DNA from: an uncultured Ignavibacterium sp.
Lineage (GTDB): Bacteria; Bacteroidota; Ignavibacteria; Ignavibacteriales; Ignavibacteriaceae
Direction: 5' to 3'
DNA: 64,000 nt
Assembly (NCBI GenBank): GCA_964434675.1
Contig: CAYSWN010000006.1
Span: 14,343 to 78,342, forward strand
The position numbers and the translations under genes were made by a program. Shown in pieces: positions 28,524 through 37,831 of the stretch. How positions within the stretch are numbered: the first letter of the stretch is position 1; every line of letters starts with the position of its first letter. The notes under the pieces are model-generated. The model did no database searches, was not told the origin of the DNA, and saw nothing but the letters and a program-made list of their open reading frames with translations.

Positions 28524-29857
28524 TTATCGTACCTAAAAACATTGTTACTGTTGATGTAAAAGACAGGATTCTAAAAAATCATTTTGTAGAAATAGAAGAT
28601 GGAAAAATAGTTTCTATCAAAAAAAATGATGAATCATATTTCAAAAAAAATAAAAAGACTGTTCATCGATTTGAAAACCTAACTCTAATTCCCGGATTTG
28701 TACAAACACACATTCATCTTTGTCAAACACTTTTCCGCGGATTAGCTGATGATTTGGAATTACTTGATTGGCTTCAATTAAAAATATTTCCGTTTGAAAA
28801 TGCTCATACTAAAAACTCACTTTTAAGTTCTGTTCGATTAGGTCTGAATGAACTACTTTTAGGTGGAACAACAACATTACTTGATATGGGAACATTGCGT
28901 CATCAAGAAATTATTTTTGATGAACTACAAAACTCCGGTATGAGGGCTATTGCAGGTAAATGTTTGATTGATGAGAACGATTTGTTTCCTGAGTTTAAAT
29001 CAACAACAAAATCTGAGCTTGATGAGATTTATCAGCTTGCAAAAACATTTCACAATACTTCTAATGGAAAAATTAAATATGGTTTTGCTCCACGATTTGT
29101 TTTATCGTGCACAGAAAAACTTCTTAAAGAATCTTTTGAAATGAAAAGAGATTTTACCGGAAGTTTGTATCATACACATTCATCAGAAAATAAAAATGAA
29201 ATTGCAGAAGTTAAACGAAGACACAATAAAGAAAATATTGAGTACTTCAATTCAATCGGTGTTATCGATGATCATTCGGTGGTTGCACACTGTATTCATG
29301 TTAATGATAAAGAAACTGAATTGTTGAAAAGGAATAATGTTAGAGTTTCACACTGTCCTTCATCAAACTTAAAACTTGGATCAGGCATTGCAAATATTCC
29401 CAAATATTTAAGTAAAGGGATTTCAGTTTCGCTTGGTGCTGATGGAGCACCGTGTAATAACAACTTAAGTGTTTTTAATGAAATGCGATTAGCTGCTTTA
29501 ATTCAAAAACCAATACACGGCGCAACAGAGATGGATGCAAAAACTGTTTTCAAACTTGCAACAATTGAAGGAGCGAAAGCTTTGCATCTTCAAAATGAAA
29601 TTGGAAGTGTTGAAGTTGGAAAGAAGGCTGATTTAGTTTTATTAGATTTGAATTCAAATATCCATTCAATGTCTGAGAGCAACGAATCGATTTACTCAAA
29701 TATAATTTATTCATCTTCAAGCGAGGCAGTTAATTCTGTAATGATCGAAGGTGAGTGGAAAGTGTTGAATAAAAAATCTCTTTTGTATGACCAGACAGAA
29801 TTGAATTACAATTCAAAAGACGAATTAAAAAAACTTTTAAGGAGAATCGATAATTAG
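28520..29857 (+). CDS. Amidohydrolase family deaminase (MTA/SAH deaminase- or guanine deaminase-like)
   Basis: 445 aa. Metal-binding HxH (QTHIHLCQT), later HTHSSEN and GADG motifs. ATGA overlap with the upstream CMD gene. Confidence 0.85.
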   Translation: MIIVPKNIVTVDVKDRILKNHFVEIEDGKIVSIKKNDESYFKKNKKTVHRFENLTLIPGFVQTHIHLCQTLFRGLADDLELLDWLQLKIFPFENAHTKNSLLSSVRLGLNELLLGGTTTLLDMGTLRHQEIIFDELQNSGMRAIAGKCLIDENDLFPEFKSTTKSELDEIYQLAKTFHNTSNGKIKYGFAPRFVLSCTEKLLKESFEMKRDFTGSLYHTHSSENKNEIAEVKRRHNKENIEYFNSIGVIDDHSVVAHCIHVNDKETELLKRNNVRVSHCPSSNLKLGSGIANIPKYLSKGISVSLGADGAPCNNNLSVFNEMRLAALIQKPIHGATEMDAKTVFKLATIEGAKALHLQNEIGSVEVGKKADLVLLDLNSNIHSMSESNESIYSNIIYSSSSEAVNSVMIEGEWKVLNKKSLLYDQTELNYNSKDELKKLLRRIDN

Positions 29858-29890
29858 TTAACGCTAATTAAATGAAGAAAAAAATAAATT

Positions 29891-29987
29891 GTCATTTCGA
29901 CCCTGCCTTTGCCGGCCGGCCGGCAAAGGGATAAATCTGAATTATTAATTTATCAGATTTCTCAGTCGTATCCTCCTTCGAAATGAC
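29891..29987. repeat. 97-bp MITE-like element with perfect 10-bp terminal inverted repeats
   Basis: GTCATTTCGA (29891-29900) / TCGAAATGAC (29978-29987). Internal perfect 24-nt GC-rich palindrome CCTTTGCCGGCCGGCCGGCAAAGG (29906-29929). AT hairpin AAATCTGA-12 nt-TCAGATTT (29933-29960). Confidence 0.65.
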
Positions 29988-30018
29988 TATTGATTATGGC
30001 ATAAAAGGGAAACAAATT

Positions 30019-30600
30019 ATGAACCAAATTTTACTCGCTACTACAAATAAAGGCAAGTTGCATGATGTTAAAGAAATTTTAAAAGATATTGATGTAGAGA
30101 TTTTGTCCTTTCTGAACTTTAAAGATTACCCTAATATTGTAGAGACAGGATTAACATTTTTAGAGAATGCTGAATTAAAAGCAAAAGCTGCATTTGAAAA
30201 ATATGGTATTCCCAGCATTGGAGATGACTCAGGATTAGAAGCATTTCAGTTAAATGGTGAACCTGGAATTTACTCCGCAAGATATGCTGGTGAAGATGCT
30301 GATGATGAAAAAAATAATCAAAAGCTTATTGCAAATCTTTCTGAATATCCCGAACCGCATTCCGGACGATTTGTTTGTGCCGCAGTTTATTACGATGGGA
30401 AAAAAGTTAAATCAGCAATTGGAGAAGTAAGAGGAAATATCATTAACAATCCTCGAGGCAAAAATGGATTTGGATATGACCCTTTATTTATTCCGAATGG
30501 ATACGATAATACAATGGCAGAACTTTCTCACGAAAAAAAAAATAAAATAAGTCATCGCTTGAACGCATTTAAACAATTAAAAGATTTTTGGTATAAATGA
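30019..30600 (+). CDS. rdgB: dITP/XTP pyrophosphatase (RdgB/HAM1 family)
   Basis: The start at ATG 30019 gives the canonical MNQILLATTNKGKL N-terminus. DDSGLE and FGYDPLF motifs. The track start at 29983 lies inside the right inverted repeat of the upstream hairpin element. Confidence 0.9.
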   Translation: MNQILLATTNKGKLHDVKEILKDIDVEILSFLNFKDYPNIVETGLTFLENAELKAKAAFEKYGIPSIGDDSGLEAFQLNGEPGIYSARYAGEDADDEKNNQKLIANLSEYPEPHSGRFVCAAVYYDGKKVKSAIGEVRGNIINNPRGKNGFGYDPLFIPNGYDNTMAELSHEKKNKISHRLNAFKQLKDFWYK

Positions 30601-31367
30601 AAAAGAATTTATTATTTCTATTGTTCGCAATCATTTTATTAGGAACAGCTTGCAAAGAAGCCACAACAGAACCTGAAGTTGAAACTATAAATGATCAGTA
30701 CTATAAAATACAAAATGGTGCTGCATTAGTTTATAATCTTGAAATTAAAGATAGTACCGGTTTTACGGTTAGTGGAAATCGATTTACAAATTTTGAAGAT
30801 AGTACAATTATTGAAGGCACTAATTATTACATCCAAAAAGATTTTTTCCAAACATTTCTTCCATTTGATACATTAACAAACTCTTCTAATTTATTTGTTC
30901 GTAAAACTAACACCGGTGTTTTTTCTTACGCTGATACAACCGGATTTACAGGTTTTATTCCTGATAGCTTAAGACAATATTTAAGTGTTGATAAAGAATC
31001 AAGATTATTGTTTTATCCATTAATTGTAAATCAAACATTTCCTGTTTATACATTAACACTAAGTGTTTTAATTGTTGGGATAAATGTTTTGGATATAGAT
31101 GCAGTAGTTGAATCTCAGGAAATAATAAATACAACTGTAAACAATTTACCCCAGCAGTTTAATTCTTTTAAAATAAAATATTCATTTGTGGTTAGAACAA
31201 GTTCCACAGGACCCGAAACTCTTTACGAAGCTTATGGCTGGGTTGTTAAGGATTTAGGTTTTGTAAAGTGGGATGGCGATTCCGGAGTGTTTAATTTTCT
31301 GTTTAATAAAAATATTTTTCCTCCTGAAACTAATGTTAAAATGAATTTGATTTCATATCAATTTTAA
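30597..31367 (+). CDS. Lipoprotein, unknown function (paralog A)
   Basis: 256 aa with lipobox LLGTAC. Collinear similarity to the next gene. ATGA overlap with rdgB. Confidence 0.6.
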   Translation: MKKNLLFLLFAIILLGTACKEATTEPEVETINDQYYKIQNGAALVYNLEIKDSTGFTVSGNRFTNFEDSTIIEGTNYYIQKDFFQTFLPFDTLTNSSNLFVRKTNTGVFSYADTTGFTGFIPDSLRQYLSVDKESRLLFYPLIVNQTFPVYTLTLSVLIVGINVLDIDAVVESQEIINTTVNNLPQQFNSFKIKYSFVVRTSSTGPETLYEAYGWVVKDLGFVKWDGDSGVFNFLFNKNIFPPETNVKMNLISYQF

Positions 31368-31519
31368 CATCAATTTTGTAAAAAATACCTCTTTTTAGGA
31401 TTATTTTAATTTTCCCCCTTTAAATAATCTTCCATTCTTCGATAATAGACTGGCACATTATTTTCAATTGCTGAATGAAAATCAAAATATATAAAATCAT
31501 ATTATTTAAAAGGAGAAAT

Positions 31520-32287
31520 ATGAAAAGTTACTCAAAGTTCTTTTTAACTGTTCTATTTATATCATTCATATCATTCTATTCTTGTAGTGATAACTCACAA
31601 GAGCCAGCACCGCCTGAAACTCAAAAAGATTATTTCCCAAACTCAAACGGCTCAAGTTATGTTTATGATTTACAAGTAACTGATAATTTAAACAATACAA
31701 TAGCCGGTGAGAGAAGTGTAAATTACAATGGCACATCAAACATAGATGGTTCCAATTATCAAATTCTTATTGATCATTTTAATTATGTTGTTTATTCAGT
31801 TACTGATTCCGCATACTTTCGAAAAACAACTGAAGAAGTATTTTACAATACCGATAACTCTCAGGTAATGATGCTTGTTCCTGATAGTCTTAGAAGTTTG
31901 GTTGTAGTAGATAAAGAAGCTTGTTTACTTGATTTGCCTTTTTCGATTGGAAAAACCTGGCAGGTTTATAAACTTGCTCTTAATGTTGGAGTTTTATTTA
32001 ATGTTGTTAATGTAACGGCAAATGTAGAAGGTATTGAAAATGTTTCACTAACTGTTAACAATCAAGCTTTTAACAAAGAAGCAGTAAAATTAAAATTTCA
32101 ATTAGCAGTTTCTGTAGATATTATGATGCCTGCACAATATTTTTATGCTGAAGCATGGATGGTTGAAAATATTGGCTTAGTAAAATTAGAAGGAAATTCT
32201 GAAGCCATTAATTTTATGATTGGAAACAACTTATTTGCACCAAATTCTCAAGTCAAACAAACACTAAAAGGATATTCAATTCCTTAA
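31520..32287 (+). CDS. Lipoprotein, unknown function (paralog B)
   Basis: The start at ATG 31520 is preceded by AAAGGAG. Lipobox SFYSC. Shares the blocks PDSLR..VDKE, VNN, G(L/F)VK..G.S...NF and a C-terminal VK..L..Y with the preceding gene. Confidence 0.6.
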   Translation: MKSYSKFFLTVLFISFISFYSCSDNSQEPAPPETQKDYFPNSNGSSYVYDLQVTDNLNNTIAGERSVNYNGTSNIDGSNYQILIDHFNYVVYSVTDSAYFRKTTEEVFYNTDNSQVMMLVPDSLRSLVVVDKEACLLDLPFSIGKTWQVYKLALNVGVLFNVVNVTANVEGIENVSLTVNNQAFNKEAVKLKFQLAVSVDIMMPAQYFYAEAWMVENIGLVKLEGNSEAINFMIGNNLFAPNSQVKQTLKGYSIP

Positions 32288-32971
32288 TCACTTTTGTGCG
32301 ATTACAACCTGTACAGTTTTAAAAGTAAAATTATATTTTTTGATTTCCCTGAAACCTGAATTTGTGAGAAGGGAAATCAAATTTATTTTTTCATCAAACT
32401 CTTCCACTGAATCCGGCAAATAAGTATAAGCTGCTTTATCACCGGAAATAATTCCACCCAAAAACGGTAAGATATTTTTAAAATAAAATTTATAAATACT
32501 CTTTATGATTTTGTTTGAAGGCATTCGGAACTCGATTACAGTGGCTTTACCTTTAGGTTTTAAGATTCGATAAAATGAATTGAAACCTTCTTGAATGTCA
32601 TAAAAATTTCTAACTCCAAAGGCTACAGTAATGTTTGTAACAGATTGATCTTTAAACGGAATTTTTTCTGCGACCATCTGAACAAGCTTTCCATCAATCC
32701 ATTCTGATTTTTTATCAAATAACCTTAGCATGTTATAAGAAAAATCTGCGCCATAAATTTTTTCCACACCCATTTTCTTTGCTTGGATTGCAACATCGCC
32801 TGTACCGCAGGCAACATCTAATAAAATAGAATTTGAATTTAGACCTGTAAGTTTTAGAGCTTTTTTACGCCAGTAAAAATCCAAACCAAAACTTAAGAAA
32901 TGATTTAGAAAATCATATCTGCCTGCAATGTTATCAAACATTTTTTTTACTTGTATTTTCTTTTCGCTCAT
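32288..32971 (-). CDS. ubiE: Demethylmenaquinone/ubiquinone methyltransferase
   Basis: VKKMFDNIAGRYDFLNHFLSFGLDFYWRK and the SAM motif LLDVACGTGD. Confidence 0.9.
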   Translation of the reverse strand: MSEKKIQVKKMFDNIAGRYDFLNHFLSFGLDFYWRKKALKLTGLNSNSILLDVACGTGDVAIQAKKMGVEKIYGADFSYNMLRLFDKKSEWIDGKLVQMVAEKIPFKDQSVTNITVAFGVRNFYDIQEGFNSFYRILKPKGKATVIEFRMPSNKIIKSIYKFYFKNILPFLGGIISGDKAAYTYLPDSVEEFDEKINLISLLTNSGFREIKKYNFTFKTVQVVIAQK

Positions 32972-32976
32972 ATCAG

Positions 32977-33927
32977 CTAATGTTTTTCATATTCAAAAAT
33001 TTCTTTACCGATTTTTCTTCTCCACCAGTTAAAAAATAATTTGCCGCTCCACAAGGAAAAAATAGCAAATACTAATCCGCCAATTAAATCAATAACATAA
33101 TGATACCATAAATAAACAGTCGAAAAAATTAACAGTGTTCCAATCGGAATGAAAAAATATCTGCTCCGACTTTTTAATCTAACTGAAAGATACATTACAA
33201 TTAATGTAATCATAGTGTGCCCGCTGGGGAAAACATCTCTTTGAACAACTGCTGCAGGATTCAAAGTCCCAAATGGAATCCCTTCGCCGGTGTTTGTCAT
33301 TTCTCTTAAATAATTTGTGAGAAATAATCCAGGAAGCATTTCGTTGATTGTATTAAAGTCATGTAATGTAAATCGTGGTCCAATCCCTGGCAAGGAAAAA
33401 TATCCTAAGTAAGAAAGAAAAAATCCATAGATAACTGAGAACAATGCAAAATCCAGCGCAATAAATCTATCTTTCTTTAATAACGATAAGCAAAGAATAA
33501 TTGGAAGCAGATAAAACATTCCATAAACAATTTGCAGAATTTCTGTAAATACGGGATGCGCAAATTGATATAAAAACTGTGTTGGATCTGTGTTAAACAT
33601 CCAGCGGTCGATTGCGATAAACCAGCTATCGTAATCGTAAACACGAATTGGTTTTACCATAAAATAAAGCTGTCGAAACGTTAGCAAAATTATTGGTGCG
33701 ATGTACCAGTAGTGAATAATACGCCAAAATTTATTTTCTGTAATTGCTTCAAGATATGAAATTACAAATGCGATAGTTATCACAACAAGATTTATCAAAA
33801 TCCAGTTTAGGGGATTTTCAATCTTGCTGCTAAAAATTATGTGAAGAAAAATTAAAAAAAATGAAAAGCTGATAACAACAATATCAAACGCTTTTAACTT
33901 TTTTATTAAAGATTTTATTTTAGACAT
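32977..33927 (-). CDS. PAP2 superfamily membrane phosphatase
   Basis: Multi-TM protein with PAP2 motifs FPSGHTMITL and YHYVIDLIGG. I chose the start at ATG 33927 (MSKIKSL) to avoid overlapping the end of rsmA. Confidence 0.75.
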   Translation of the reverse strand: MSKIKSLIKKLKAFDIVVISFSFFLIFLHIIFSSKIENPLNWILINLVVITIAFVISYLEAITENKFWRIIHYWYIAPIILLTFRQLYFMVKPIRVYDYDSWFIAIDRWMFNTDPTQFLYQFAHPVFTEILQIVYGMFYLLPIILCLSLLKKDRFIALDFALFSVIYGFFLSYLGYFSLPGIGPRFTLHDFNTINEMLPGLFLTNYLREMTNTGEGIPFGTLNPAAVVQRDVFPSGHTMITLIVMYLSVRLKSRSRYFFIPIGTLLIFSTVYLWYHYVIDLIGGLVFAIFSLWSGKLFFNWWRRKIGKEIFEYEKH

Positions 33928-33949
33928 TAAATAGAATTTTATGAAACAA

Positions 33950-34735
33950 TCAGATTTTTTTATTGATGGTAAATTCAGCGAGTTTAATAAAGTCATCAAT
34001 GGTAAGTTGCTCTGCTCGTAATGACAAATCGATGCCGCAATTGCTAAAATCTACTTCGGCAAATATACCATTGCTCAATGAATTTTTTAAAGTTTTTCTA
34101 CGATTTCCGAAAGAAGATTTTACTATAGATTTGAACATAGAATTGAATTGAGCATCATTTCTTTCATCATTAAAATAAATATGAACAACAGCGGAATGTA
34201 CATTCGGTTTTGGATAAAAAACATTCGGAGATACTTTAAAAGCTAATTTTGTTTTTCCAAAGTAGTTTAAAAGTACAGCCAATATGCCGTATTCTTTAGT
34301 TCCCATTTTCACAGTCATTCTTTTTGCAACTTCATATTGAACCATAAAAACTGCATCGCTTATAATTTTATTATTTTCAAAAAGTTTAAATAGAATTGGA
34401 GAAGTAATATTGTATGGGATATTTCCAACAACTCTAAGCTTTTGATTTCCATTTTTTATAAGACTTTTTAAATCTAATCCTAAAAAATCAGCTTGAATCA
34501 AATTTAAATTTGTAAAACGATTTTTTAAGTCATCAATTACACGTTTATCAATTTCTATCGCACTAAAATTTGCTTTGCTTTCAAAAAGATGTTTTGTTAA
34601 TGCACCTTGTCCCGGACCAATTTCGAGAATAAATTCATTTTCTTTTGGATCAATTTCAGAAATTATCTTCTTAATTATATTCTGATCTTGCAGGTAATTC
34701 TGCCCGAATCTTTTTAGTGGTAAAATTTTATTCAT
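33950..34735 (-). CDS. rsmA: 16S rRNA (adenine1518/1519-N6)-dimethyltransferase
   Basis: KRFGQNYLQDQNII, EIGPGQGALT and NIPYNITSPI motifs of KsgA/RsmA. Confidence 0.92.
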   Translation of the reverse strand: MNKILPLKRFGQNYLQDQNIIKKIISEIDPKENEFILEIGPGQGALTKHLFESKANFSAIEIDKRVIDDLKNRFTNLNLIQADFLGLDLKSLIKNGNQKLRVVGNIPYNITSPILFKLFENNKIISDAVFMVQYEVAKRMTVKMGTKEYGILAVLLNYFGKTKLAFKVSPNVFYPKPNVHSAVVHIYFNDERNDAQFNSMFKSIVKSSFGNRRKTLKNSLSNGIFAEVDFSNCGIDLSLRAEQLTIDDFIKLAEFTINKKI

Positions 34736-34862
34736 AATTCTTATAAAAATCTCTTCAAGATAGTAATTTCTAATTGTAAAAATTCAATTCAGTTTGTATA
34801 AGAAAAAAATAACTTTTAGTTTTCTGATGTAAACTTTCCAAATAAAATCCAAGGAGAATACA

Positions 34863-35840
34863 GTGCAGGAGAAATTTGTTGTAAGCGTTGATATGGGCGG
34901 AACTAAAATACTTGCATCAGTCCTTAATTCTAAAAAGGGAATTATTGCTCGCCAAAAAAAGCCTACAAACATTGAAAGCGGAACAAAAGTTTATGTTAAA
35001 GATATTGCCGAGTTAATTACAAAAGTTGTTATATCATCAGAACTAAAAAAGCAAAATATTGTTGCTGTGTGTCTTGGTGTTCCGGGTTCTGTTAATCCTA
35101 AAACGGGTATAATTGGTCTTGCACCGAATCTTGGAATAAAAAATTATAAGATGAAAGCTGAACTTGAAAAACTAATTCCTTATCCCGTACTTTTAGAAAA
35201 TGATGTTAACCTTGGTGCACTTGGGGTAAAAAATTATGGTATTGGAAAATCAGCAACAAATATGCTTGCAGTTTTTGTTGGAACCGGAATTGGCGGGGGA
35301 GTTGTTATCGATAAAAAATTGTATCGTGGTTTTAATTTTGTTGCGGGAGAAATAGGGCACATGCTTGTACAAAAAGACGGACCTAAATGCGGATGCGGAA
35401 AGAGAGGCTGTTTTGAGGCAATCGCTAGCCGAACTGCGGTTGTTAATAATATTATTTGTGATATTAAAAAATTAAAAAAGAAAAGTGTTCTTGCCGATTT
35501 AGTCAAATCAAATCAAAGAATTAAAAGCGGCTCTTTAAAAAATGCTATCGCAAAAAAAGATAAAGTAGTTATAAAAAGAATTACTGAATCTTGTGAGACA
35601 ATTGGTGGTGTACTTGCAAGTGTTTGTAATCTTATGAACTTTGATATGATTGTTCTAGGTGGTGGTGTTATTGAAGCACTTGGTGATTTTATGATGCCGA
35701 TAATTAAACAGGAATTTCAAAATCACGTATTTTATGCTGCGGCAAAAGGTGTTAAGATTGTTGCTTCAAAGCTCGGAGATGATGCTGCGATTTATGGCGG
35801 CTTAGCTTTGGCAGAAGAGTATTTAGGAGTTAAGATATAA
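34863..35840 (+). CDS. ROK family sugar kinase (glucokinase-like)
   Basis: GTG start preceded by AAGGAG. VDMGGTKI, the ROK signature with GHM...CGCGKRGCFE, and a C-terminal GGGV motif. Confidence 0.85.
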   Translation: MQEKFVVSVDMGGTKILASVLNSKKGIIARQKKPTNIESGTKVYVKDIAELITKVVISSELKKQNIVAVCLGVPGSVNPKTGIIGLAPNLGIKNYKMKAELEKLIPYPVLLENDVNLGALGVKNYGIGKSATNMLAVFVGTGIGGGVVIDKKLYRGFNFVAGEIGHMLVQKDGPKCGCGKRGCFEAIASRTAVVNNIICDIKKLKKKSVLADLVKSNQRIKSGSLKNAIAKKDKVVIKRITESCETIGGVLASVCNLMNFDMIVLGGGVIEALGDFMMPIIKQEFQNHVFYAAAKGVKIVASKLGDDAAIYGGLALAEEYLGVKI

Positions 35841-35875
35841 AAAGCGCAGGCAAGCTTAAAGGTGGACTACACTTT

Positions 35876-37825
35876 TTAATTAAACTGTGATTTTATTTCA
35901 AAAAGTTGTTCGTTAAGTGTTTCCCATTTTTTCAATGTGTTTTCAAGGTCTGATTTTGCTTTGTAGAATTTGCTTGTAAGTTCTTTTGTAAGATCGCCAT
36001 CGCTGTAAATTTCAGGATCGGCTAATTTTTTTTCCAACTCATTAATCTCTTTTTCAGAAGCAGATATTTTTTCTTCCAAACGCTTAATATCGTTTGATAA
36101 TTCTTTTGTTGCTTTATGTTTCTGCTGTCTTAACTCAGCTTCAATTCTTTTTTGTTCTTTACGATTTACATTATCACTTTTTTCTTTTTTAATTGTTGGT
36201 GCCGCATCTCTTTCAAGTGATGATAAATCACGCTTTGATAAAAAGTAATCAATATCTCCAAGATAAGTTTTTAGAATTCCCTTCCTAATATCAATAACTT
36301 TTGAAGCTATTGGTCTTAAAAAATCTACATCGTGAGAAACAAGAATTAATGATCCCTTAAAATCCAACAAAGCTTTTTGTAAAATAAGTTTTGAAGTGTA
36401 ATCCAAGTGGTTAGTAGGTTCATCAAGAATAATAAAGTTAGCTTTTGTAAGCAAAATTTTACAAAGTGCTACTCTGCTTTTCTCTCCGCCAGAAAGTATA
36501 CCAACTTTTTTGAAAACATCATCACCAGAAAAAAGAAATGAGCCAAGTAACGATCGAAGTTGCCCAACAGTTTTATCTTCAGAGATGCCATCAACCGTTT
36601 CGATAATCTCTAAAGTTGGATTAAGATTATCTGCAACATCCTGTGCGTAATACGATACAATTGTGTTGTGTCCTAAAATTCTTTCACCGGAATTAAAATC
36701 AATCACGCCCGCAATAATTTTTGCAAGTGTAGATTTACCAGCCCCGTTTGGACCAACAAAAGCAATCTTTTCACCTTTCTCAATCTCAAAATCAATTCCA
36801 TTAAAAACTCTTTTATCACCGTAAGATTTTTTTATTGAAGTCAATTTGATCGGAGTTCTGCCGCTTTGAGGCGGTTCAGTAAATCTAATATTGATTTCAC
36901 TTTTATCTTCTGGTAATTCAATTAGCTCTACTTTATCAAGTTGTTTTATTCTGCTTTGTACCTGTCTGGATTTTGTCGCTTTGTATCGAAATCGTTCAAT
37001 AAACTTTTCAGTTTCTTTAATCTTTTTTTGCTGCTGCCCGTATTGATGGACAGTAAGTTCATCACGCTCGATTTTATATTTTATGTAAGAATCATAGTCG
37101 CCTTTAAAAGTATAAAACTTACCCAGAAAAATTTCGAGTGTACGATTTGTAACCTGATTTATAAAATTTTTATCGTGCGATACAATTAACAATCCGCCTT
37201 TATAAGCTTTAAGAAAATCAATAAGCCATTCAAGTGAATCAATATCAAGATGATTTGTCGGTTCATCTAAAAGTAAAATATCATTTTGCGAGATAAGAAT
37301 TTTTGCAAGAGCTATACGCATCTGCCAGCCGCCGGAGAACTGATCTGTTAATCTTGTAAAATCATCTTCTTCAAAACCAAGTCCGAGTAAAATCTTTTCA
37401 ACTTTAGATTCAGCAGAATATGAATCCAATCCATCTAACTTATGATGAACTTCACCAAGCTGATGAGCGAGATCCATTTGTTCGTCTTCTGTAAGATTAG
37501 GATTTGATAACGCCTCTGATAAAGAAATTTCTTTGTTTTGCAGTTCAATAATATCAGATAAAGCTGAAGATGCTTCTTCCAAAAGTGTTTTACCTATGTG
37601 TGTAACATGATCCTGCGGAAGATAACCGATAGAGATACGTTTTTGTTTTAAAACTTCGCCGGATTCAGGTTGAAGCTGTCCGGAAATTATTTTTAGAATA
37701 GAAGATTTTCCCGTACCGTTAGCGCCGACTAATGAAATTTTATCACCGGAAGAAATTTTGTAGTTAACATCTTTAAAAAGATATTTACCGCCGAACTGAA
37801 GAGAGACATTTGAAAGATCAATCAT
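35876..37825 (-). CDS. ABC-F family ATPase (translation-factor-type, no TM domain)
   Basis: 649 aa. Two NBDs (GANGTGKSS/LSGG.. and GPNGAGKST/LSGGE), an inter-domain linker and a C-terminal coiled-coil. Confidence 0.9.
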   Translation of the reverse strand: MIDLSNVSLQFGGKYLFKDVNYKISSGDKISLVGANGTGKSSILKIISGQLQPESGEVLKQKRISIGYLPQDHVTHIGKTLLEEASSALSDIIELQNKEISLSEALSNPNLTEDEQMDLAHQLGEVHHKLDGLDSYSAESKVEKILLGLGFEEDDFTRLTDQFSGGWQMRIALAKILISQNDILLLDEPTNHLDIDSLEWLIDFLKAYKGGLLIVSHDKNFINQVTNRTLEIFLGKFYTFKGDYDSYIKYKIERDELTVHQYGQQQKKIKETEKFIERFRYKATKSRQVQSRIKQLDKVELIELPEDKSEINIRFTEPPQSGRTPIKLTSIKKSYGDKRVFNGIDFEIEKGEKIAFVGPNGAGKSTLAKIIAGVIDFNSGERILGHNTIVSYYAQDVADNLNPTLEIIETVDGISEDKTVGQLRSLLGSFLFSGDDVFKKVGILSGGEKSRVALCKILLTKANFIILDEPTNHLDYTSKLILQKALLDFKGSLILVSHDVDFLRPIASKVIDIRKGILKTYLGDIDYFLSKRDLSSLERDAAPTIKKEKSDNVNRKEQKRIEAELRQQKHKATKELSNDIKRLEEKISASEKEINELEKKLADPEIYSDGDLTKELTSKFYKAKSDLENTLKKWETLNEQLFEIKSQFN

Positions 37826-37831
37826 AAAAAG

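Noticed and set aside
29983-30018. N-terminal 12-codon extension of rdgB given by the ORF track
   Set aside because: The ATG at 29983 is part of the right terminal inverted repeat (TCGAAATGAC). ATG 30019 gives the canonical RdgB N-terminus MNQILLATTNKGK.
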